This document shows positions 28,777 through 37,856 of a DNA stretch of 64,000 bases, in pieces. Numbering within the stretch: the stretch's first letter is position 1; each line of letters starts with the position of its first letter. The notes under the pieces were generated by a model. That model saw only the letters and a program-made list of their open reading frames with translations, did no database searches and was not told the DNA's origin. Origin of the DNA: Synergistota bacterium (GTDB lineage Bacteria > Synergistota > GBS-1); the NCBI GenBank assembly GCA_025060595.1, contig JANXBX010000001.1:20459-84458 (forward strand), read 5' to 3'. The position numbers and the translations under genes are program-made.

Positions 28777-29409
28777 CTAAACCTCTTCGACAACAAAATC
28801 TATCAAATGTTTGGTTTCATTAAGTAAAACCAAGGTGAAACCTCTTTCCCTTCTATACTCAACGATACTATAAGAAGCCGTGTCAAAATGAAACTTCCAG
28901 AAATAAGGTTTCTTAACCTCAAACATAGCTGCAAAGAGAGGTTTCAAAACTGCCCTATGAGTAACAATAGCTATCGTTTCCCTCTCATGCTTCTCAAGAA
29001 TCTTTAACAAGGCAGAAAAAGCTCTTTCTTTAACGTCATCTACCTTCTCCGCCCCAGGAATATTCAGATCCTCTGGAACTGTAATCCAGATTTTCCATTC
29101 GCGTGGATACTCTTTTTCTATCTCCGTTTTAACCCTGCCCTCCCAAAAGCTAAGAGAGATGTTATTAAAACCTTCCTCCACTATGGGAGTTAAATTATGA
29201 GGTTCTCCTATTATCTCTGCGGTTTTTAATGCCCTTAGAAGAGGGCTCGTATAAATCGCATTAATCTTAAATTTCTTTATCTCATCTCTTAGAAGTTCAG
29301 CCTGTTTTATTCCATTTTTGTTTAAAGGAAAATCTATTCTTCCCCTAAAAAGACCTACTCTATTACCCTCACACTCACCATGTCTCACAAAAATAAGGGT
29401 GGTTTTCAC
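28777..29409 (-). CDS. Histidine phosphatase superfamily (phosphoglycerate-mutase-like) protein
   Basis: N-terminus LIFVRHGECEGN (RHG catalytic motif); 210 aa. Confidence 0.75.
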   Translation of the reverse strand: MKTTLIFVRHGECEGNRVGLFRGRIDFPLNKNGIKQAELLRDEIKKFKINAIYTSPLLRALKTAEIIGEPHNLTPIVEEGFNNISLSFWEGRVKTEIEKEYPREWKIWITVPEDLNIPGAEKVDDVKERAFSALLKILEKHERETIAIVTHRAVLKPLFAAMFEVKKPYFWKFHFDTASYSIVEYRRERGFTLVLLNETKHLIDFVVEEV

Positions 29410-29452
29410 AGCTTCACCTCCCTACATACAATGAATCTCTTTCAAAATTATA

Positions 29453-30754
29453 TCAGTTTTTTCTTAAAACAGGTAGCAATTTATGACCTTCTGGAATAAT
29501 ATAAGTAGAGGGGTTAGGGCCAAGCAAACTCTTAGCTTCCTCTATTCCTTTCCTCAAGCTTCTTACCGGTTCCATACCCATTTTTTTAACCTCATCTTCA
29601 GGCAAATTAGAGATAAGATAAACCTTAAACTTTTCCGCTATCAGCGCCATATGAAAAGCCATATGCCCACCTATAGTATAATTTTCTCTTAAAGCCATCT
29701 CTCTTTCCTTACTATCTCGATAATTAACAAGGGTTTGATAAAAATCCTCATTACCTATGCCCTCTCTACATTCAGATAAAAGTATTATGACCCCTCCCTC
29801 TTTAGTAGCTTTTTCTGCGTTATAAAGTGTTTTATAAGTTTGATAAAGATTTATATCTTCAGGATAACCGCCACAAGAGATTATCGTAAGTTCAGCAAGC
29901 TCTTCTATTTCAACACTACAATACTCATTATAGAGTCTTGCGCCTTCCTCATGAGCAGCCACATAATCTCCTGCAACAACATGAGCTATCTTTCTTTCTG
30001 GATTCACAATAGTGTTAATAAGAAAAGCCGGCTTTATAAAGCTTGCTACCTCAAGAGCATCTTCGCTTACTCTGTTACCACGCATTACACCTGAACAAAC
30101 TGATGGATCAAGACCTTTACCAGGTTCAGGATGAAGAGCAAGCCCGTGATTTTTCATTATAGAGTCCCTTGAGGAAACACCAGGCATTATCGATTTTTTC
30201 CCTCCACCAAAACCATATAAGAAGTGATGAACTATTCCACCAGTTAAAATGACCTTGTCAGCTTCAAGAAGTCTCCTGTTTATCTCCACAGGAGTTCCAT
30301 AGCTTGTCTTTCCAAGATAAACAACTTCCTTTTTGTTTCGAGCACGATGGTTATATATTCTTCCTTTAAGAAATGCGTAAGCTTCCTTCCCGAGAATTTT
30401 TTCAAACTCTTCCTCAGTATGATCCCGATGATCACCATTAGCACAAATAGCAAATATATCTTCATCTATAACACCAGCGTTCTTAAGTTCCTTCAAAATA
30501 AACGGCATAAAAACATGATGTCTAACCCAAAGTCTCGTCATATCGCTAAAGAGAATGCATACCTTTTCTCCCTTCTTAACTATTTCCCTTAAAGGAGCAG
30601 AGTTTATAGGTTTAGTAAGGGCCTCTATAACTGGTTTTTCTTCGCTCTGATGTTTTGGCATTTCCTTGGGCTCTAGGATCCCTATTATATTATCCAACTC
30701 ATAATCGAACTCTATAAAACCATTTCCAAATGCCAAGCCAAAAGGTTTTTTCAT
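29453..30754 (-). CDS. larA: Lactate racemase LarA family protein (Ni-pincer-nucleotide-dependent; DUF2088 plus LarA C-terminal domain)
   Basis: 433 aa. The architecture and its position at the end of an lct-like operon match LarA/LctF. Confidence 0.7.
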   Translation of the reverse strand: MKKPFGLAFGNGFIEFDYELDNIIGILEPKEMPKHQSEEKPVIEALTKPINSAPLREIVKKGEKVCILFSDMTRLWVRHHVFMPFILKELKNAGVIDEDIFAICANGDHRDHTEEEFEKILGKEAYAFLKGRIYNHRARNKKEVVYLGKTSYGTPVEINRRLLEADKVILTGGIVHHFLYGFGGGKKSIMPGVSSRDSIMKNHGLALHPEPGKGLDPSVCSGVMRGNRVSEDALEVASFIKPAFLINTIVNPERKIAHVVAGDYVAAHEEGARLYNEYCSVEIEELAELTIISCGGYPEDINLYQTYKTLYNAEKATKEGGVIILLSECREGIGNEDFYQTLVNYRDSKEREMALRENYTIGGHMAFHMALIAEKFKVYLISNLPEDEVKKMGMEPVRSLRKGIEEAKSLLGPNPSTYIIPEGHKLLPVLRKN

Positions 30755-30773
30755 TTTTTTTTCGCCTCGCTTT

Positions 30774-32192
30774 TTAAAATATCTTACCAGGATTCATTAT
30801 ATTATTAGGATCAAAAACTCTTTTCATCTTCTTCATCAATTCTACTTCTTTTCTTTTGGTTTCATTTAAGACCCTTTTCTTAAGAAGACCTATCCCATGC
30901 TCGCCGCTTACAGCTCCACCAAGCTCTGCTGCTTTTAAAGCTAACTTATCAAGAATCTCCTCAGAGATATATCTCCATTCCTCCAAAGATACATGCGATG
31001 GTTTTAAAGGAGCTGGGTGGAGGTTACCATCAGCTACATGAGCTGCAACTGGAATTTTAACTTTATACTCATTTGACATCTCACTCAAAAAGGACATCAT
31101 ATCAGGAATACTTGATGTAGGAAGAACCACATCCCCTGTGGAAACATAAGGATCAACTGCCTTAAGAGCCTCAAGCCATGTTCTTCTAACCTTCCAAATG
31201 CTTTCAGAGGCGCTTCTATTATCAGCTACAAAAACATCAATTGCTCCTTTAGACAATAATGCTTTTCCCACTTTTTCATAAATATTTTCCAATTCCGTTC
31301 TATTTTTTCCTTCCAGCTGAACTATTAAGAAAGCCTCAGCCTCGCCTTGAAACGGAAAACTCGTGTTGTTATACTTAGCACTAAGCTCAATAGAAACCTT
31401 ATCTATAAACTCTAAAGCTGATGGAAGTTCTTTACTTTCCATTAGGATCAAAGGCACGCTATCTACAGCATCCTCTACCTTCTTAAAAGGAATCAATAAA
31501 TCTACCGTTTTGCCCGGTAATGGTATCAAGTTAAGGTAAATTTTAGAAAACACCGCTAAGGTCCCTTCAGAACCTACTAACAGCTTCACAAAGTTATAAC
31601 CGCTTGAATCCTTTCTTCTTTTACCTCCAAATATTACAACCTCCCCATTAGGAAATACAGCTTCTATTCCTAAAACATGGTGTCCCGTACTTCCATATTT
31701 TATTACCTTACTCCCTCCCGCATTTGTCGCCACATTTCCTCCTATAAAACTTGTCTCAACGCTCATAGGATAACCTGCATAATATAATCCCTCCTCCATA
31801 ACTCTCCTACACAAGTCGTTTGTTACAACCCCTGGTTCAACCACAGCAACAAGGTTCTTCTTATCCACCTCTATAACTCTATTCATCCTTTCCAAGGAAA
31901 GAACTATTCCACCAAATAGAGGGATGCAACCTCCTGAAAGTCCACTTCCCGCGCCTCTTGGAGTAACAGGTATCTTTTCCTCATTTGCCAATTTCATTAT
32001 CTCTGAAATCTGCTCAACCTTTTCAGGTTTAACAACTACATCAGGCATACGAGCATAGTATTTGAAAGCCGATTCATCATGAGAGTAGGCCTCAAGAGCA
32101 TCTTTATCTTCGTAAATAACCCCTCTTTCTCCAACTATCCTTATCAACTCCCTAACAAAGGAGGGAGTAACCTTCCCAAATTCCTCAATCAT
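30774..32192 (-). CDS. FAD-binding (PCMH-type) D-lactate/glycolate oxidase family dehydrogenase (GlcD-like), LctD-like
   Basis: FAD_binding_4 region PRGAGSGLSGG, and GGSISGEHGIG-like segment GGAVSGEHGIGLLK. Confidence 0.85.
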   Translation of the reverse strand: MIEEFGKVTPSFVRELIRIVGERGVIYEDKDALEAYSHDESAFKYYARMPDVVVKPEKVEQISEIMKLANEEKIPVTPRGAGSGLSGGCIPLFGGIVLSLERMNRVIEVDKKNLVAVVEPGVVTNDLCRRVMEEGLYYAGYPMSVETSFIGGNVATNAGGSKVIKYGSTGHHVLGIEAVFPNGEVVIFGGKRRKDSSGYNFVKLLVGSEGTLAVFSKIYLNLIPLPGKTVDLLIPFKKVEDAVDSVPLILMESKELPSALEFIDKVSIELSAKYNNTSFPFQGEAEAFLIVQLEGKNRTELENIYEKVGKALLSKGAIDVFVADNRSASESIWKVRRTWLEALKAVDPYVSTGDVVLPTSSIPDMMSFLSEMSNEYKVKIPVAAHVADGNLHPAPLKPSHVSLEEWRYISEEILDKLALKAAELGGAVSGEHGIGLLKKRVLNETKRKEVELMKKMKRVFDPNNIMNPGKIF

Positions 32193-32193
32193 A

Positions 32194-33210
32194 CTATCTT
32201 CCCTCCTTATAACTTTTAAGCCTCTCTATTAAAAGAGGAACCACTTCAAACAAGTCTCCTACTATTCCAAAATCACAAACCTTAAATATGTTAGCCTCAG
32301 GATCATTATTTATAGCAACGATCGTCTCAGAGGAGGACATACCAGCAATATGTTGAACAGCACCAGAGATCCCTATAGCCATATAAAGCCTTGGGCTAAC
32401 CGTCTTCCCACTTAAACCTACCTGATGAGGATAGGATACCCATCCCATATCAACAGCAGATCTCGAAGCTCCTAAAGCCCCTCCCAAGAGCCTAGCAAGC
32501 TCACGAACCATCCCAAAGTTCTTCTCGCCTTTAAGTCCTTTACCACCAGATACAACTACATCAGCCTCCTGAATGGGAGCCTCCAACGAATTATCTTTAA
32601 TAAATCTAACAAATCTTACTTTAGACTCATAAAGGCTTTCAGGATACTCCTTTAATATAATTTCCCCAGAACGAGATGTATTCCTTGACAGTGGTTTCCT
32701 CGATCTAGGTCGAACGGTGGCCATTTGCGGTCTATGATTGGGAGTTTTAATAGTAGCCATTACATTACCCCCAATAGCTGGTCTCGTTTGAAGAAGAAGC
32801 CCCGTCTCAGGTTCTATATCGAGTCCAGTACAATCAGCTGTAAGGCCAGTCCTTATTCTTGCAGCAAGTATAGGCATAACAGTCCTGCCAACTGTAGTTG
32901 CCGAAGCAATAAATATCTCTGGGTTAAACTCTTTTACCAGTTCCTCAAGAACACGGGCATAAGCATCAGGCTTAAAACGCTCAAGGAGAGGATGATCCAC
33001 AAGGTAAACTTTATCAGCCCCTCTATATATTAACTCCCTTACTTTATCCTTTAGCCCACAACCTATAATAACACTTGAAAGCTTAACACCAAGCTTGTCT
33101 GCAAGCTCTCTACCCCAATTTAAAAGCTCATAAGAAACAGAGCTTATTTCGCCCTCCCTTTGCTCTCCAAGAGTCCATACCTCCCTAAGTATTCCAGATT
33201 CGTTCATCAA
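32194..33210 (-). CDS. etfA: Electron transfer flavoprotein alpha subunit
   Basis: C-terminal FAD-binding region AIGISGAVQHIAGM. Confidence 0.9.
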   Translation of the reverse strand: MMNESGILREVWTLGEQREGEISSVSYELLNWGRELADKLGVKLSSVIIGCGLKDKVRELIYRGADKVYLVDHPLLERFKPDAYARVLEELVKEFNPEIFIASATTVGRTVMPILAARIRTGLTADCTGLDIEPETGLLLQTRPAIGGNVMATIKTPNHRPQMATVRPRSRKPLSRNTSRSGEIILKEYPESLYESKVRFVRFIKDNSLEAPIQEADVVVSGGKGLKGEKNFGMVRELARLLGGALGASRSAVDMGWVSYPHQVGLSGKTVSPRLYMAIGISGAVQHIAGMSSSETIVAINNDPEANIFKVCDFGIVGDLFEVVPLLIERLKSYKEGR

Positions 33211-33218
33211 AATCCCTC

Positions 33219-34013
33219 CTATAATATTCCCTTACTTTCAAGAAAAACTATAAGCTCACTAACTGCCTTATAGGGATCCTTGCCAGAAATGATTTTCCCA
33301 CCTCTTGATAACTTAGGATAAAATATTTTAACAACTCTTGTAGGAGAACCCTCTAATCCTATTAATTTCCTATCCAGGTTCAGCTTTTCCACTGTTAGAA
33401 TCGGAATCTGAATCTCCTTAGCCCTAAGCTTTCCAGAAAGATTAGGTAATCTCGGTTCATTTATTTCTTTTACTACACTTAACAATGCAGGTAAATCCGT
33501 TTCAACTACCTCATACCCTCCTTCAACTACCCTCCATACCCTTATATATCCCCTTTCGAGCTTTTCTATTTTACTTACATAAGTTAGAGCTGGAATTCCA
33601 AGAAAAGAGGCAACACTTGGTCCAACCTGACCAGTTTCCCCATCTGTAGCTCGTTCGCCACAAAATATAAGATCGAATCCTCCTAGATACTTTATGGCTT
33701 CTGAGAGAGTATAAGCAGTAGCCCATGTATCAGATCCTGCAAGAAGCTTATCGGAAATAAGATAACCTTCATCACAACCCATAGATATAGCATCTTTAAT
33801 AGCATCAGCTGCCATAAGTGGTCCCATAGATATCACGGTAATCTTGGCATCTCCACCCATACGCTCTTTAACTCGAACGGCTTCCTCAACAGCATACATA
33901 TCTAATGGGTTAAGCTCCGCCTCCATTTCTGTTCTTATCATGGTTCCAGTCTTCTCATCCATCTTTACCTTATCCGTCGCAGGAACCTGTTTCACCAATA
34001 CACAAATTTTCAA
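33219..34013 (-). CDS. etfB: Electron transfer flavoprotein beta subunit
   Basis: N-terminus MKICVLVKQVPATD, typical of EtfB. Confidence 0.9.
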   Translation of the reverse strand: MKICVLVKQVPATDKVKMDEKTGTMIRTEMEAELNPLDMYAVEEAVRVKERMGGDAKITVISMGPLMAADAIKDAISMGCDEGYLISDKLLAGSDTWATAYTLSEAIKYLGGFDLIFCGERATDGETGQVGPSVASFLGIPALTYVSKIEKLERGYIRVWRVVEGGYEVVETDLPALLSVVKEINEPRLPNLSGKLRAKEIQIPILTVEKLNLDRKLIGLEGSPTRVVKIFYPKLSRGGKIISGKDPYKAVSELIVFLESKGIL

Positions 34014-34675
34014 GGTTCTCCCCTCCCAATCCCCTTAATTCTCTTAAGCACATTTTCTATATGCTCCCTCATAAGCTCTTCCACTTCCTCAGCCTTTTTC
34101 TGACTAACGAGACTTATGATCTCTTCGTGATCTTTAAGAGAGCTCTCCATAACCCCAGGAACATAAAGAGACTTAAGCCTATAAGCATCAATATAAGACA
34201 TCATACTCTCAAGCACCTTTAAAAGCCTATCATTTCCGGAAAAGGCCCAGATAAACTTATGGAAACTCGCATCTAAATCAGCATAAGCTATAACATCTTT
34301 TCTCTCACATGCTAATTTCATCTCTTTCAGTTTAAGATTTAACTTCTCTATCTCAGTGATGCCACATCTACTCGTAAATAGCCTTACTGCAAGTCCCTCT
34401 AAAGCGCTCCTTATTTGAAAGACATCCTCTATATCCTTCAAGGAAATTTCAGCCACAAAGGCACCCTGATTGGGAAGAAGTTCTACCAATCCTTCCGCGG
34501 CAAGACGATGAATAGCTTCTCTCACCGGTGTTCTACTTGTGCCTAACTGAGAAGCAAGCTGAGACTCTACCAATCTACTACCTCCTTTAAGATCCCCTTT
34601 TAAGATAGCCTCCTTAAGAATCTCATAAACCTTATGATTCAGCAGATCCCGTCTTTCAACCTTCCGTAGAGATAT
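34010..34675 (-). CDS. GntR/FadR-family transcriptional regulator (LctA-like), with FCD ligand-binding domain
   Basis: HTH LVESQLASQLGTSRTPVREAIHRL. The in-frame conserved N-terminus (RKVERRDLLNHKVYEILKEAILKGDLKGG) extends 34 codons upstream of the ORF-track TTG (34573). A near-cognate ATA at 34673-34675 has a GGGAGGTGA Shine-Dalgarno 6 nt upstream. Confidence 0.75.
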   Translation of the reverse strand: MSLRKVERRDLLNHKVYEILKEAILKGDLKGGSRLVESQLASQLGTSRTPVREAIHRLAAEGLVELLPNQGAFVAEISLKDIEDVFQIRSALEGLAVRLFTSRCGITEIEKLNLKLKEMKLACERKDVIAYADLDASFHKFIWAFSGNDRLLKVLESMMSYIDAYRLKSLYVPGVMESSLKDHEEIISLVSQKKAEEVEELMREHIENVLKRIKGIGRGEP

Positions 34676-34690
34676 TTACCATCACCTCCC

Positions 34691-34718
34691 TGTGGTATAC
34701 TGTATACAGTATACCACA
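34691..34718. promoter_or_regulatory. 28-bp perfect palindrome TGTGGTATACTGTATACAGTATACCACA, candidate GntR/FadR-type operator of the lct-like operon
   Basis: Exact reverse-complement symmetry, TGGTATAC...GTATACCA, immediately upstream of the regulator's Shine-Dalgarno. Confidence 0.6.
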
Positions 34719-34738
34719 AGCGGCTTAAAAAATAAAGC

Positions 34739-35860
34739 TCACCTTAAAAGATGTATATTTCCTATAGCAACGTTTTTCAAGCCCATTTTTATAGCCACAT
34801 CATAACATCTATAAGCTAGCTCTTTAGACGTTAATGGCAAATCACTCATATAAAAATGGGGGTAAAAAGCAAGCAACCTGTAAGGGATATTCTTATCTAT
34901 TTGGGCTATAAATTTAGCTATCCCCTCTACCTCTCTCTCATCTATATAACCAGGGATGAGCAATGTGCTTGCTATAAGGAGAGGAACTTGAGGTCTTCTA
35001 TCTATATACTGAGCTATAAAAGCAAAATTATCGAGTATCCTTTCATTAGAAATTCCTGTTAATGCAACGTGAAGGTTTTTATCCCAGGCTTTTAGGTCAA
35101 TTTTTATACAACCTCCAGAAATCAAGGAAAGCTCAATCACCCTCTTTAGAAGCTCTCTATTCATTAAGCCATTGGTCTCCCAACATATTCTTAAAATTCT
35201 TCCCTTAGTGTTCTCTAGAGTTTTTTCAGAAACTTTTATAGCAAAGGGAAGTTGAGGGGATGGATCTCCACCGAAAAAGCAAATACATGAAACTTTGAAG
35301 TTTACAGAATCAACTAGCTCTTCCACTTTTCTAGTCTCAGATCTAAGGCTAAGCTCCTTAAATTGCCAGTTCTGACAGAAAAGGCAATTCAAGCTACAGG
35401 CGTGGAAGAATACAGCTAAGTTATAATAACCATATTCAGGACCATTTTTATAAGCGTACTGAGGATAACCACAACCGGTTCCTGCAGGACATACCCAATC
35501 AGCCACGCAATTAGTAGGAAGAGGATCTAAATACCACGAAACCTTAGCTTCCTCAGATAATGGACCTATCAACCTCCCACCAATATTCCTCCTCAATCCA
35601 CAAAATCCAACCTCACCCTCAGGGACTTGACACTCATTAGCACATAAATTACACTTTAACCCTAAAGGATCATGCGGAATAGGAAATGGAAGGTGGTATT
35701 TCTCTCTACTTTCCCTATGAGCTTCCTGAACAAAGGGAAAGGCCTCTTCTGGAAAATTTCTGATACAATTCAAACAAACTTTTAAAAACTTTGAAACTAT
35801 GGGAAGCTCTTTTCTACATATCTGACAGATCATTTCAAAATCCCAAAAACATTTTATCAT
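34739..35860 (-). CDS. Radical SAM protein, PflX-like (homologue of pyruvate formate-lyase activating enzymes)
   Basis: CxxxCxxC cluster CSLNCLFCQNW plus an N-terminal Cys-rich region. Confidence 0.65.
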   Translation of the reverse strand: MIKCFWDFEMICQICRKELPIVSKFLKVCLNCIRNFPEEAFPFVQEAHRESREKYHLPFPIPHDPLGLKCNLCANECQVPEGEVGFCGLRRNIGGRLIGPLSEEAKVSWYLDPLPTNCVADWVCPAGTGCGYPQYAYKNGPEYGYYNLAVFFHACSLNCLFCQNWQFKELSLRSETRKVEELVDSVNFKVSCICFFGGDPSPQLPFAIKVSEKTLENTKGRILRICWETNGLMNRELLKRVIELSLISGGCIKIDLKAWDKNLHVALTGISNERILDNFAFIAQYIDRRPQVPLLIASTLLIPGYIDEREVEGIAKFIAQIDKNIPYRLLAFYPHFYMSDLPLTSKELAYRCYDVAIKMGLKNVAIGNIHLLR

Positions 35861-35866
35861 AAAGAG

Positions 35867-36817
35867 GTGAAAGACTTGAAGCTCTGTAAAATTTGTAAGA
35901 AAAAGTCTGTAGTATTTTTAAAGTCACATAGAATAGCCCTTTGCGAGGATCATCTTAAGAGCTTTGTAGAAAAAAGAGTGATTGAAAGCATAAAATCTTA
36001 CAAAATGATAAATAATGGAGAAAAGGTTCTTATAGCCGTGTCAGGAGGAAAAGATAGTCTAAGTTTATGGCAGATATTAACAAACATCGGATATGAAGCT
36101 GATGGTATGTTTATCGATCTTGGAATACCAGGATTCTCCCAGGAATCCTGGAAAAAGTGCGAAAATTTATCTAATAAACTCTCTAGAAAGCTTTTTAAAG
36201 TAAATTTAGAGGAAATCCTAGGTATGAACTTGCTTAGTATATCGAAGTTAGAGAGAAGAGTACCATGCGCATTCTGCGGCATGATAAAAAGATATATTAT
36301 GAATAACTTTGCTTTGCAAAACGGCTATAAAGTTATAGCTACGGGACATCACCTTAATGATGAGTGTTCGATTCTCCTTGGAAACATACTTAATTGGCAA
36401 GTGGAATACCTAAAGAGACAGAATCCAACCCTTGAAGAATCTAATGGCTTTGTTAGAAAGATAAAACCGCTTGTCTTATGCAGTGAAGAAGAAATAGAAA
36501 GTTACGCTAAAATTATGAACATAGATCATGTCGGTAAAGGCTGTCCGCTTTCTGAGGGAGCCACATCACACTTTTATAAAAGTATTATAAACCAAATAGA
36601 AGAAAGAATGCCCGGAACTAAGCTACGCTTTTACAAGGGTTTCTTAAAAATCAAAAATGACATTTTCGGAGAAGAAAAACCAGCTCAACTTAAGCCCTGC
36701 ATTAAGTGCGGATACCCCACAACAACTGAAGTGTGTTCTTTCTGTAGACTTCTTGATAGAATAAAAGCTAAATCTCAAATTTCGAAAGAAAATCTTCAAA
36801 AGAGCGAGGAATCCTAA
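35867..36817 (+). CDS. PP-loop ATP pyrophosphatase of the TtuA/TtcA/NcsA tRNA-thiolation family
   Basis: PP-loop VSGGKDS, an N-terminal CxxC..CxxH zinc finger (CKICKKK...CEDH) and a C-terminal CxxC..CxxC (CIKCGY...CSFC). Confidence 0.7.
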   Translation: MKDLKLCKICKKKSVVFLKSHRIALCEDHLKSFVEKRVIESIKSYKMINNGEKVLIAVSGGKDSLSLWQILTNIGYEADGMFIDLGIPGFSQESWKKCENLSNKLSRKLFKVNLEEILGMNLLSISKLERRVPCAFCGMIKRYIMNNFALQNGYKVIATGHHLNDECSILLGNILNWQVEYLKRQNPTLEESNGFVRKIKPLVLCSEEEIESYAKIMNIDHVGKGCPLSEGATSHFYKSIINQIEERMPGTKLRFYKGFLKIKNDIFGEEKPAQLKPCIKCGYPTTTEVCSFCRLLDRIKAKSQISKENLQKSEES

Positions 36818-37856
36818 TTCTTACATAAGAAGAGTTAAGACCTGTAAAGTTCTTACCATCAATGCAAAGTATCCCTCTTTCCTTAAAATAAAGATAAAGG
36901 TTCTCTTTCTCTCTCCACAAAAGAAAAATAGGAACGCTTAAGCTGGTTTTAGAGCAATCAAAGCCTCTATCACAAAGAAACCTTATGACTTTTCCTTTTA
37001 TTTCTGCTATGTAAGCCCTGCTTTCTTCTATAAGGGATATGTTTTTTATTGCTTTTAAAGCTATTTCTTCAGAAAGGGAACTTATAGCAAATGGTAAGTT
37101 TACCTTGGAGTATAATTTTTTAAGCTCTCTACCCTTTATAACAGCGTACCCCACCCTTAAGCCTGCTAAGCCAAAACCCTTAGAGAAAGATCTTACAACT
37201 ATAAGATTAGGATAATCAAGATTAATAGCGGAACTCTCATCATCGATGAAATCTCCATATGCTTCGTCTATCACAACTATAACCCCCAATTTATAAGCCT
37301 TATCTAATATAGCCCTTATACTCTCTATCGGAATTAATTGACCTGTAGGATTATTGGGATTATCTATGTAAATAAGAGCATACTCTTCAGAAAGCTTGTC
37401 CAAAAACATATCAGCATTAAACTCAAAGCCGTCTTTAGGACTTAAAGGAAGATATTCATATACACCGCCACAAATCTTAACCTCAGTGATGTACTCCGTA
37501 AACTGAGGGGTATAGCCTAAGACCAAAGAGTTTTCCTTAAGAAAGGCTTTGTTTATCTTCTCCAAACATCCCATTGAACCAGAACCTACAAAAACATCTT
37601 CCTCTTTAAAGCGATTTTTCCATCTTTCCACAAGAGCCTGTTTAAGACGATGATGATAAGGATCAGGGTAACTGCTTAAATCGAAACCTTCTAAATCTAA
37701 ACCCTCTAAAATATTCTTAAATACCCCAAAAGGATTTTGCCCCAGGGAACAATCAAGCAAGTTGTTCCCTGGGCTTTCTTCTTCAACATAACTTTCCCTC
37801 TCCAAAACAAGTAAACTTCTCCTTATTTTATTTCCGGACAGATAAAAACTTACCAT
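36768..37856 (-). CDS. Class I/II PLP aminotransferase (HisC / CobD-like)
   Basis: Motifs [10 protein letters not shown] and [18 protein letters not shown] (PLP-lysine). Its 3' end overlaps the convergent TtuA-like gene by 50 nt. Confidence 0.7.
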   Translation of the reverse strand: MVSFYLSGNKIRRSLLVLERESYVEEESPGNNLLDCSLGQNPFGVFKNILEGLDLEGFDLSSYPDPYHHRLKQALVERWKNRFKEEDVFVGSGSMGCLEKINKAFLKENSLVLGYTPQFTEYITEVKICGGVYEYLPLSPKDGFEFNADMFLDKLSEEYALIYIDNPNNPTGQLIPIESIRAILDKAYKLGVIVVIDEAYGDFIDDESSAINLDYPNLIVVRSFSKGFGLAGLRVGYAVIKGRELKKLYSKVNLPFAISSLSEEIALKAIKNISLIEESRAYIAEIKGKVIRFLCDRGFDCSKTSLSVPIFLLWREKENLYLYFKERGILCIDGKNFTGLNSSYVRIRIPRSFEDFLSKFEI

